From Polyangiaceae bacterium (lineage in GTDB: Bacteria; Myxococcota_A; Polyangia; Polyangiales; Polyangiaceae), in assembly GCA_035063585.1 (NCBI GenBank), contig JAPSGB010000007.1, forward strand, positions 32,001 through 96,000: a stretch of DNA of 64,000 nucleotides. The letters run 5' to 3'. Of this stretch, positions 17,956-26,519 are shown in pieces (positions within the stretch are counted from its first letter, which is position 1; each line of letters starts with the position of its first letter). Under the pieces are notes generated by a model, which had not been told where the DNA came from, did no database searches, and worked only from the letters and a program-made list of their open reading frames with translations. The position numbers were made by a program, and so were the translations under genes.

Positions 17956-19086
17956 TCAAGCGCCGCGGCCTCGACTCGCGAGCTCTTCGTAGAGTCGCTC
18001 GTAAGCGCCGGCGATGACGCGCGCGTCGTACCGCCGCCGGATGGCGGCGCGCGCGGCCTCGATGGTCCGTGCGCGTGTGGCCTCGTCGTCGCTCACCGCG
18101 AGGGCGACCCGCACCAGAGCCGCGTCGTCGCCGAGCGGGACCTTCGTCGCGCCCTCGAGCTCCGCGAGCGGCCCGTGGTCGAGCACAACCACCGGGACGC
18201 CGAGCGCCATCGACTCGAGCAGAACGATGGGCAGGTCGACCTTGCCGTGGAGATCGTCGACGGGAAAGAGCACGGCGCGCGCGCCGGAGATCAGCGCGAG
18301 CACATCGGGGAGCTCACGAACCAAGCGCACGTTCGGGGAGCGCAGGCGGCGCTCGAGCGCCTCGGCGATCCGAGCGGCCGCGGCGGTCTTCTCGCGATAC
18401 GCGAACACGACCACCGCGTCGGGGTGCGCCTGTACGAGCGGCGCGACGCATCGCGCGACGGCTTCCGCGCCGCCGCTCGTCTCGAGATCCCCCGGGTATA
18501 CGAAGAGTGGCGCTCCCTCGCTGATGTCGAGCTGATGACGGACTCGCGCCGTCGCGTCGGCGCTCCGCGCGAGCAGCGCTCCGACCGGCGGCGGGATGAT
18601 CTCGACGCGGAGCGCTCCGCCGCCCTGCTCGGTGATGCGCTCGCGAGTCCAGCGGCTCTGAGCGACCACCACGTCGCCGAAGAGCAGCCGCCCGAGCCCC
18701 TCGAAGCTCCGCGGGGGCGAGGCCACGGTCTGCACGACCGGAACCCGACGGAGGCTCGACAGCGTACGCCCAATCATCGAGGTGCGCGGGTTCGGCGCGA
18801 ACACGAAGTGCCAGACGTCCGAGTGCGAGCGCGTGAGGAGCCAGAGCGCCGCGCGCGCGTTGTCAGCGAGGGAGGGCGCGAAGCCGCCCGCCCCCGCGTA
18901 CACCGGCTCCGCGCGAACCCGCGCGCCCGGCGGCTCCGCTCCCCGCACCGACATCACGATCGGCTCGAAACGCTCGAGGTGCGTCGCGACGTCGCGCACG
19001 AGGCACTTGGTGCCATCGTGATAGGGGGGCGCGATCGGCTTCGAGACGAACAGCACCCGGGGCGACATGCCGGCGATGATGCCCAA
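17956..19086 (-). CDS. Glycosyltransferase family 4 (GT-B); start may be 19068
   Basis: MSPRVLFVSKPIAPP N-terminus; DLPIVLLESMALGVPVV; C-terminal YD...AYERLY. Confidence 0.8.
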   Translation of the reverse strand: MGIIAGMSPRVLFVSKPIAPPYHDGTKCLVRDVATHLERFEPIVMSVRGAEPPGARVRAEPVYAGAGGFAPSLADNARAALWLLTRSHSDVWHFVFAPNPRTSMIGRTLSSLRRVPVVQTVASPPRSFEGLGRLLFGDVVVAQSRWTRERITEQGGGALRVEIIPPPVGALLARSADATARVRHQLDISEGAPLFVYPGDLETSGGAEAVARCVAPLVQAHPDAVVVFAYREKTAAAARIAEALERRLRSPNVRLVRELPDVLALISGARAVLFPVDDLHGKVDLPIVLLESMALGVPVVVLDHGPLAELEGATKVPLGDDAALVRVALAVSDDEATRARTIEAARAAIRRRYDARVIAGAYERLYEELASRGRGA

Positions 19087-19896
19087 CTATTCGGCGGCGT
19101 GCATCAGCGCCTCGGGGGCGCGGCGGATCGCGCTGTCCACTGCCGCCACCAGGACCGCGTGTCGAAGCTCGGCGTCGCGGCGGCGATCACGGGCCTCCTC
19201 CGGGCTCGCCTTGGCGCTCGCCGAGCCCGAGACGGTGCCAGCGATCGACTCCTCCGGCATCCGGTGCACGACGTACTCGACCCGCGCCGAGTACACGATC
19301 TCCACACCTTGCCGCGAAGCCTGGAGCTTCTTCAGGCGACCGGTGACCATCACCACCGGTGGCTTGCGCTTTGCGGCCGCAGCCTTGTAGTCGTCATCAT
19401 CGGTGAGCACCTGGACCCCCGGCAGCTCGCCGAGCCGATCGCGCGAGGCGCGCTCGACCTCGACCATGAGCGTGCCGGAGCTGGTCCCGGCCCCATCGCG
19501 GATCTTGCCGAGCTTCACCAAGACCTTGGGCTTGTCGGCGGCGCCGGCCTTCTCGAGGGCGCCGATGGTCGCTTTCACCTGGGCGCGCACCGCCGGAGAC
19601 TCGTCCGCGGCGTGAGCCTTGAGCGCCGGCAGGGCCCGCCGATCTCCGAGCGCCTTCAGCGCAGCGGCCGCGGCGGCTCGCACCGCGGCGTTGCCGTCGT
19701 CGAGCGCGGCCTCGAGCGGCCGGCGCGCAGCCGCGCTCCGCGTCTTGCCGAGCTCGAGCGCGGCTTGCACCCGCACTCGGAAATCCGGCCCCCGCTCGAG
19801 CCGCTCGATGAGGGTGGGCACGTCCGGCCGAGCGCCCGCTGGGACCGTCACCACGAGGGCGAGCGCCAAGAACAGCCACGAGAGAGAGCGAGACAT
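19087..19896 (-). CDS. Exported HEAT-repeat protein
   Basis: ATG at 19896 gives a signal peptide (MSRSLSWLFLALALVV); HEAT repeats RVRVQAALELG and AVRAAAAAALKALG. Confidence 0.8.
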   Translation of the reverse strand: MSRSLSWLFLALALVVTVPAGARPDVPTLIERLERGPDFRVRVQAALELGKTRSAAARRPLEAALDDGNAAVRAAAAAALKALGDRRALPALKAHAADESPAVRAQVKATIGALEKAGAADKPKVLVKLGKIRDGAGTSSGTLMVEVERASRDRLGELPGVQVLTDDDDYKAAAAKRKPPVVMVTGRLKKLQASRQGVEIVYSARVEYVVHRMPEESIAGTVSGSASAKASPEEARDRRRDAELRHAVLVAAVDSAIRRAPEALMHAAE

Positions 19897-20042
19897 CTCA
19901 GCAGAACCGCACGCCGGAGCGACTCTAGCTCGCCTACGCGTCGGGCGGCGGAGATCTCCCCCACGCAACGAGCGATTGGTGTCACTCGCGGGCACATCCG
20001 CGCCGCTCGGCGCACCTTGGCGCACCTCTCGGCGGCGCTGGA

Positions 20043-20630
20043 CTATTCGGCTGCGAGCGCTTCGATCTCGGCCGCGAAGGTGCGCTCGTCTCCGGCGCGG
20101 TAGCCGGCGTGCACGAAGCGCACCACGCCGCGCTTGTCGATGACGAAGCTGGTCGGCATGGTGATGGGCTGGTACTTGCCGGCGACCTCCTGGCCCTTGT
20201 CCCACGCGAGCGGGAACTTCGCGCCCGTCTCGCTCGCGAAGCCAGCGATGCCGCTCGAGTCCTCGTCGACGCTGATGCCGACCAGCACGAGCTTGTCGCC
20301 ATATTTCTCCACGAGCTTCTGGTAGACCGGAAAGGACTCCCGGCAGGGCGCGCACCAGGTCGCCCAGAAGTCGACGATCATGACCTTGCCGGCGCCGTCG
20401 GCGAGCGAGACGCTCGGCGCGCCCGACTGAGCCTCGAGCTTGAAGTCCGGCGCCGGGGCCCCGACGAGGGCGCTGTCCTGGCCGCCGCTCTTGGCGGCCG
20501 GGCCCATCGCGAGGTTGCACCCCGCGAGCGCCCCCCCGCTCGCGGCCACGAGCCCCCAAACTCCGAGGGCCAACGCGCCGAGCAGGCTCCGGACGCCCGC
20601 CAACTGCGAAAACGAGGACAATCGCGCCAT
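20043..20630 (-). CDS. TlpA/ResA-family thioredoxin, probable lipoprotein
   Basis: ATG 20630; LAGC lipobox; APDF, DFWATWCAPC, MPTSFVIDKRG. Confidence 0.9.
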   Translation of the reverse strand: MARLSSFSQLAGVRSLLGALALGVWGLVAASGGALAGCNLAMGPAAKSGGQDSALVGAPAPDFKLEAQSGAPSVSLADGAGKVMIVDFWATWCAPCRESFPVYQKLVEKYGDKLVLVGISVDEDSSGIAGFASETGAKFPLAWDKGQEVAGKYQPITMPTSFVIDKRGVVRFVHAGYRAGDERTFAAEIEALAAE

Positions 20631-20686
20631 CACTCTCCCTTGCCCATGAAAGGCTTCACGCAAGCACGGTCCGCCGCGCGAGCCTA

Positions 20687-22288
20687 CTACTTCTCGGTGG
20701 CCCCGCCCGTCTTGATGCACACGGTCCGGCCTGGCTTGGCGCCCGGCTCGCAGAACGGCGCGCGCTGCTCTTCCCAGCCCTTCGGCGGCTTGAAACCCTT
20801 CGGCGGCGTATCCGGGCAGCCGTCGTCGTCCTCGAAGCCGTTCCAGGTCTCGGGCTCGCCGTCGCACTGATCCTTTTCGTCGGGGACGCCGTCGCTGTCG
20901 TTGTCCGGATCCGGGCAGCCGTCGGTGTCGTCGAAGCCGTCGGTGTCCTCGGGTTCGTTCGGACACTGGTCACGCGAGTCGGGCACGCCATCCCGATCGC
21001 TGTCCGGCTCGTCGGGGCAACCGTCGTCGTCCTTGTAGCCGTTCTTCGTCTCGGGCTCGTTCGGGCACTGGTCCCGGTCGTCGGGGATGCCGTCCTTGTC
21101 GGTGTCGCGGATCGGGCAGCCGTCCGCGCTCTCCGCGCCGCCCGGCTCGGTCGGGCACCGATCCCGATCGTCGGGGATGCCGTCGCCGTCGCGGTCCGTT
21201 GCGGGGCAACCGTTCAAGCTGGGGTTCGAGCTCGCGACCCCGGCCTCGTCGGGACACGCGTCGTTGTGATCGGTGATCCCATCCTGGTCGCGATCCCCTC
21301 CCTCGTGGACGTACATGACCCCGAGGAAGGCGCGCAGCCGCGGCACGCCGATGCCTTGGATCAAGCCCGTCCCGGCGCCGGCCTGGATCACGAAGGGCGA
21401 GTCGAGCGGCGTCACCTGGATGCCGCCGTCGATTTCCATGCTGTTGGTGCCGTTCTTCGAGCTGAACTTGGTCGCGCCGTAGTCCTCGACGACGATGCGC
21501 AGCACGGGGCTGACGTTGAAGCCGACGCCGATGCCGTAGCGAAACTCGGGCCCCAGGGTCGTGGAGCCGACCCGCCCGTCACCGCGGTAGAGCGCGGCGA
21601 GGTTGCCGCCGACGGTCAGCGGCCCGGCGGCGCCGTCGAAGATGCCGCGAAGCCCCGCGGTCGGGGTCTGATCTCCGAGGTAGTTCCCCTTCGCCGTGGC
21701 GTGTCCCAGCGGGCCCGTGACGAACGCGCCCACGCCGGCGACGAACGGGTCGTCCGGTGCGCCGCTCAACCGGAACTTGCCTTCGAGCTGAGCGTCCCCG
21801 AGCCCGACGGCGCTGAGGCCTGCCGGATCCCCGAGGCCGCTCTCGGTGAGCCCCTGCCCCTTCACCCAGGTCACCGGGACGCTGAGGCCGATCTGCAGTC
21901 GAGGGATCGGCGTGAGCGACGCCAGCGCGACCCCCGTGACCATGTTCTCGACGACGTTTACGTCCTGCTGTGTGGCGTTCGGGTCGCTGCAGTTGGTCTC
22001 CGACTGGCAACTCCGGACGACGAAGGGCAGATAGGCGTAGTTCACCACGAGCCCGCCGCTCCAGCTCATCTCGCCGTCGGTGCGGACCCCGCGAACCGAG
22101 AAGTAGTTGCGCGGACCGGGCGCGGGATCGAACCGCTGCACCGAGAACTCGCCGTCGGTCGCCTGGGCCTGAGCAACCGCGGGGACGAACAGGACGCCGG
22201 CCGCGCCAACCCAACCGAGGAGCCTGGCTCCGGAGCTGATGAGCTCAGGCACGCGCCGAACGATGACGGGAAGAAGCTGTGCTTTCAT
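20687..22288 (-). CDS. Outer-membrane beta-barrel + thrombospondin type-3 repeat protein (TraB-like, without the C-terminal OmpA domain)
   Basis: Signal peptide; FSVQRFDPAPG and LGDAQLEGKFRL barrel segments; about six D-x-DGIPD..D.CP.EP...DGCP repeats. Confidence 0.8.
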   Translation of the reverse strand: MKAQLLPVIVRRVPELISSGARLLGWVGAAGVLFVPAVAQAQATDGEFSVQRFDPAPGPRNYFSVRGVRTDGEMSWSGGLVVNYAYLPFVVRSCQSETNCSDPNATQQDVNVVENMVTGVALASLTPIPRLQIGLSVPVTWVKGQGLTESGLGDPAGLSAVGLGDAQLEGKFRLSGAPDDPFVAGVGAFVTGPLGHATAKGNYLGDQTPTAGLRGIFDGAAGPLTVGGNLAALYRGDGRVGSTTLGPEFRYGIGVGFNVSPVLRIVVEDYGATKFSSKNGTNSMEIDGGIQVTPLDSPFVIQAGAGTGLIQGIGVPRLRAFLGVMYVHEGGDRDQDGITDHNDACPDEAGVASSNPSLNGCPATDRDGDGIPDDRDRCPTEPGGAESADGCPIRDTDKDGIPDDRDQCPNEPETKNGYKDDDGCPDEPDSDRDGVPDSRDQCPNEPEDTDGFDDTDGCPDPDNDSDGVPDEKDQCDGEPETWNGFEDDDGCPDTPPKGFKPPKGWEEQRAPFCEPGAKPGRTVCIKTGGATEK

Positions 22289-22481
22289 GGGGACCCAACC
22301 GAGCCAAACTCGCCGAGAATTCCGAATGGGTATCAGGCTCGCACAAGCCAGGCACGGTTCGCAATCATCATCGAGGGGAAGGCGCCCCGCGCCCCCGAAC
22401 GCGCCCGCGACGGGCGCCGTGCGGCGCGCGTCCGTCCGGCCGGACCTTGGGCGGAAGGCCGCGCGGGGTTAGGGTCCGGCG

Positions 22482-23621
22482 GTGGCGGTCTGTCTCAGCT
22501 GCCGGAGCGTCATCGAGGACGCGGCGCGGTATTGCCCTCACTGCGGGATCTCGGTGTCGCGCCCGAGGCCTGCCTCTCGCATCACCTCGGGCTCCGAGCT
22601 CGAGCTCGGCTGGGGCAAGGTCGTGGTGGGCGGTATCGTCGGCGAGGGCGGGATGGGCGTGGTCCACCGCGGCTGGCTCTATTACGACCCGGACGGGCCC
22701 CGAGGGGCGACGCCGCCGCACCCGGTGGCGATCAAGGTGCTGAACCCGCTCCTCAGGGGGCGCGAACGCGTGCGGCGGCTGTTCCTCGGTGAAGCGACCG
22801 CGCTCGCCCGGCTGTCGCACCCGAACATCGTGCATTTCTTCGCGCTCTATCAGGAAGACCAGCTCGCCATCGTCATGGAGCTCGTCGAGGGCGAACCGCT
22901 GAGCTCCACCATCGACCGGCACCGACGCGCGGCCCAACCGGGCGGCATCCCCTGCATGCCCTTCATGCTCGCTTGGCACGTCTTCTCACAGCTGCTCGGC
23001 GCGCTCGCCGCGATCCACGCGCTCGGGATCATCCACCGCGACGTGAAGCCGAGCAACGTGCTGGTCCGTCCCGACGGCGTCATCAAGCTGACGGATTTCG
23101 GCATCGCGCGCGTGCCCGCCGACGAGGCCGCGAACACCGGAGGGATGGCGCCCGGCACCGGCGCCTACATGGCCCCCGAGCAGGTGCTCGGGCGCGAGCT
23201 CGACCCTCGCGCAGACCTCTACGCCGCGGCCATCGTCCTCTTCGAGATGCTGACCGGGGTGACTCCCTTCGACCGGCCCGAACGCAACGAGATGATGGTG
23301 CGGACCGCGCAGGTCGAGGAGACGCCCCCCCCGCTGACCCGACTGGTCCCGCAAGCGCCCGCGGTGCTCGACGTCCTCATTGCGCGCGCGCTGGCCAAGG
23401 ATCCGGTCCACCGATTCGGCTCGGCCGTGGAGCTCGGGGAGACCTTTCGGCGGTCCCTGCAGCTCCCCGAGTCTCCCGGCTGGCTGGCGCAGCAGAGGCT
23501 GGCCGACCACGCGGTCGCCATCTCGCAGGTGGCGCTCCCGGCTCACCCTCGCCCGGCCCCGACCGAAGCCGATCACGCCGAAGCGCTGCGAACCGCGGTG
23601 ATGGCGGCCTATCGCAGTTGA
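22482..23621 (+). CDS. Cytoplasmic Ser/Thr protein kinase with an N-terminal zinc ribbon
   Basis: CLSC..CPHCG; GEGGMGVV, HRDVKPSN, DFG, YMAPE; no TM segment. Confidence 0.92.
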   Translation: MAVCLSCRSVIEDAARYCPHCGISVSRPRPASRITSGSELELGWGKVVVGGIVGEGGMGVVHRGWLYYDPDGPRGATPPHPVAIKVLNPLLRGRERVRRLFLGEATALARLSHPNIVHFFALYQEDQLAIVMELVEGEPLSSTIDRHRRAAQPGGIPCMPFMLAWHVFSQLLGALAAIHALGIIHRDVKPSNVLVRPDGVIKLTDFGIARVPADEAANTGGMAPGTGAYMAPEQVLGRELDPRADLYAAAIVLFEMLTGVTPFDRPERNEMMVRTAQVEETPPPLTRLVPQAPAVLDVLIARALAKDPVHRFGSAVELGETFRRSLQLPESPGWLAQQRLADHAVAISQVALPAHPRPAPTEADHAEALRTAVMAAYRS

Positions 23622-23689
23622 CAGTTCGAACCGCCGCATGCGAAACCTGCCCGCGGAACTGCTGCACTTTTAAGCGGAGATCCGCGCTC

Positions 23690-25819
23690 ATGCCCAAAGG
23701 GTCCGTCGTCTCGCTGCTCGCCCTGGGCGTCGTCCTGGGCGCTCGTACCGCAACCGCACAGCCCGCCCCTGCGGCGCCGCCGGCTGCCGAACCTCCGCCC
23801 GCCGGAGCGCCGGCGCCGGCGCCACCGACCGACGCACCCGACGCCCCCGCGCCGGACAGCGCGACCGTGGCCGAGCCCGACGCGCCAGCGACCGCGCCGC
23901 CGACCACCCCGCGCGCGGGCGCCGGGGCCGGCTTCACGCCGATGCCGCGCTGGTCTCAGCCGAGCGCCGAGCCGAGCGAAGCCGGTCGCGGCTCGGGCAC
24001 GGTCGCATCCGATCCGAAGCAGGCCGACGCCGAGCGGGTGTACGCCGAGGACTGGTGGTCGCACGCGCGCCCCATCGTCGAGCTGCACGGCTACTACCGG
24101 CTCCGCGCGGAGATGTTCTACAATTTCTCGCTCGGTCGGATCGACGCGCCCTCGAACGCGCTCTGGCCGATGCCGATCGACAACCGCTATAACACGATCT
24201 ACGGCCAGGGCTCCTACGGTCCCTCGCTCTGCACCGGCGCGGACTCCGTGGAGGCGCCGAACGACAGCAGCGACCCGGCGCAGGCCAAGTGGCCGTGCAA
24301 GAGCAAGACGCAGGCGGGCGCGAACATGCGCTTCCGTCTCGCTCCCGAGCTCCACATCTCGGACAACCTGAGGGTCATGAGCCAGATCGATCTGCTCGAT
24401 GACCTGGTGCTGGGTTCGACGCCGGAGGGCTACGCGAACGCGCCGTCGTCGAGCGGCGGCTACGCGGTCGTGAAGCGCGGCGGCTACGCGCCACTCGGGG
24501 CCTTCGACGTGACCCAGGAGCCGCCCAGCGCCGGGCTGAACAGCGTCCGCGACAGCATCCGCGTGAAGCGCGTCTGGGCCGAGTACATGACGCCGGTCGG
24601 GCAGCTCCGGTTCGGCCGCATGCCGAGCCAGTGGGGCCTCGGCATCCTCGCCAACGCCGGAGATGGCTACGACGACGACTATCAGAGCACCGCTGACCGG
24701 CTCATGTTCGTCACCGGTATCAAGTCTCTGGACCTCTACTTCGCGGGCGCGTGGGACTTCGTGAACGAGGGCCCGACCAGCGAGAGCCAGCAGCAGGCCG
24801 AGGGCCAGCCCTACGATCTCGCTCAGGGCGACGACGTCGATCAGTACGTCATGGTGGTCATGCGAAAGACCAGCCCCGAGCTCCAGAAGCTCACGCTGGC
24901 CAAGGGCGGCGTGGTGCTGAACGGCGGCATGTACGTGGTCTATCGGGCCCAGAAGCTCGCCGCCGACCAGAGCGGCGCATGCACCGGCGCCGCGGCGCTC
25001 GGCTGCCCGAGCGACACCATCGCGCAGGGGTACGTGCATCGCGGAGCGCGCGCGTGGATCCCGGACCTCTGGCTCCAGGTGCTCTACAAGAAGTTCCGCT
25101 TCGAGATGGAGGCGGTCACGCTCCAAGGCTCGATCGACAACACCCAGTTCAGCGGTGGCGGCAGCGACTACAACAACACGCTCGGGGACGACGGCTGGAA
25201 GATCCGTCAATATGGCATCGCGGCCGAGCTCGAGCAGCGCCTGGTGGAAGACAAGCTCCGGCTCGAGTTCAAGTGGGGCTGGGCGTCCGGCGATCCGGAC
25301 GTCAACAGCCCCATCGCGGGGGGCCTCAGCCCGGGGTTCAACGGGCTCCAGCCCCAGCTCGGCGACCGCACCATCTCGACCTTCCGCTTCCACCCGAGCT
25401 ACAAGGTCGATCTCATCCTGAACCGGAACATCCTGAGCCGCGTCCAGGGCAGCTACTACTTCCGACCGAGCGTCGACTACGACTTCCTCCGCAACGTCGA
25501 CGGCCAGCGGCTCGGGGGAGGTTTCGCGGCGATCTGGACGCGAGCGAGCGAGTTCATCCAGACGCCCGGGCACGACGCGAACCTCGGAATCGAGCTCGAC
25601 GGCACGCTCTACTTCCAGTCGAAGGACGGCGCGCTGAACGACGACCCGAACCAGAAGGGCGGGTTTTACACGGCGCTCCAGTACGGCGTGCTCTTCCCGC
25701 TCGCGGGCCTCGGCTACCAGCCGAACGAGGCGGCCCGGCTCCAGCGGGACCTGAACGCCGGCGCGGCCGAGACCAGCGCGGCGCAGATCCTACGCTGGTA
25801 CCTCGGCGTATTCTTCTGA
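23690..25819 (+). CDS. Myxobacterial outer-membrane beta-barrel, TIGR04551-like
   Basis: ATG 23690 signal peptide; Pro/Ala linker; ELHGYYRLR, VKRVWAEYMTPVGQLRFGRMPSQWGLG, FRFHPSYKVDLIL; terminal Phe. Confidence 0.75.
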   Translation: MPKGSVVSLLALGVVLGARTATAQPAPAAPPAAEPPPAGAPAPAPPTDAPDAPAPDSATVAEPDAPATAPPTTPRAGAGAGFTPMPRWSQPSAEPSEAGRGSGTVASDPKQADAERVYAEDWWSHARPIVELHGYYRLRAEMFYNFSLGRIDAPSNALWPMPIDNRYNTIYGQGSYGPSLCTGADSVEAPNDSSDPAQAKWPCKSKTQAGANMRFRLAPELHISDNLRVMSQIDLLDDLVLGSTPEGYANAPSSSGGYAVVKRGGYAPLGAFDVTQEPPSAGLNSVRDSIRVKRVWAEYMTPVGQLRFGRMPSQWGLGILANAGDGYDDDYQSTADRLMFVTGIKSLDLYFAGAWDFVNEGPTSESQQQAEGQPYDLAQGDDVDQYVMVVMRKTSPELQKLTLAKGGVVLNGGMYVVYRAQKLAADQSGACTGAAALGCPSDTIAQGYVHRGARAWIPDLWLQVLYKKFRFEMEAVTLQGSIDNTQFSGGGSDYNNTLGDDGWKIRQYGIAAELEQRLVEDKLRLEFKWGWASGDPDVNSPIAGGLSPGFNGLQPQLGDRTISTFRFHPSYKVDLILNRNILSRVQGSYYFRPSVDYDFLRNVDGQRLGGGFAAIWTRASEFIQTPGHDANLGIELDGTLYFQSKDGALNDDPNQKGGFYTALQYGVLFPLAGLGYQPNEAARLQRDLNAGAAETSAAQILRWYLGVFF

Positions 25820-25845
25820 GCGGCGCGGCCGGCGGGCTCCGCCGC

Positions 25846-26436
25846 TCAGTCTTTCCACGCGAGCTCGAACTCGCACGCCGGGCCGCCCTTGGCGCGGCAC
25901 GCGAGTTCGGTGACCCGCACCTCGCGCCGCGGGACGAGCTCGAGCGAGCCCTGCATCCAGCCCGCGATGGTGGCGCAGTGCTCTCGGCGCGGCATCGGGA
26001 AATCTACGATCGCCACGCGGAGCCCTGAGCTCCCCGCCGGCCGGCTCACCAGGCGGCCGCGATCATAGTGATGGCTCCACAGGCTCGACGCGAGCGACAG
26101 CAGCGTGGCTGGGCGCAAGCGACGCATGATGATCTGACGCCACGGGCCGACCTCATACGACGCGGTGAACCGCCCGCTCTCGAAGATGAGGTCGCCGCGG
26201 CGGTCGTCGAACGTCCGCTCGAGCAGGGTCAGCGCCTCGACGAACAGCGCGAAATCGGCCCAGCCGCCCCGCCGGTTCGCCGGCTCGCCCGCGAACAGGC
26301 GGATGAGCTCCGGCGACGCGGCGTCACGGTAGCGACGAAGCCCCTCACCCCCGAAGCGATGCCGCACGAACGCCTCGCGAGCACGGATCGTCGCGGCCTG
26401 CACCCGGCAGCTCACACCGTCTTCGACTCTAGCCAT
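25846..26436 (-). CDS. TIGR02265/DUF2378-like (V4R-like) myxobacterial protein
   Basis: FVRHRFGGEGL, LWSHHYDRG, CATIAGWMQG, CRAKGGPACEFELAW. Confidence 0.65.
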   Translation of the reverse strand: MARVEDGVSCRVQAATIRAREAFVRHRFGGEGLRRYRDAASPELIRLFAGEPANRRGGWADFALFVEALTLLERTFDDRRGDLIFESGRFTASYEVGPWRQIIMRRLRPATLLSLASSLWSHHYDRGRLVSRPAGSSGLRVAIVDFPMPRREHCATIAGWMQGSLELVPRREVRVTELACRAKGGPACEFELAWKD

Positions 26437-26519
26437 TCCCCACGCCCGCCGGCGCTCACTTCGCGGCGCCACTCCTCACTATAGCGAAAATCGACCGAGC
26501 TGCTATCGGATCGGAGGCC

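Noticed and set aside
22973..23689. N-terminal extension of the 948-aa ORF
   Set aside because: Overlaps the kinase in another frame and is Arg-rich junk; the signal peptide begins at ATG 23690.
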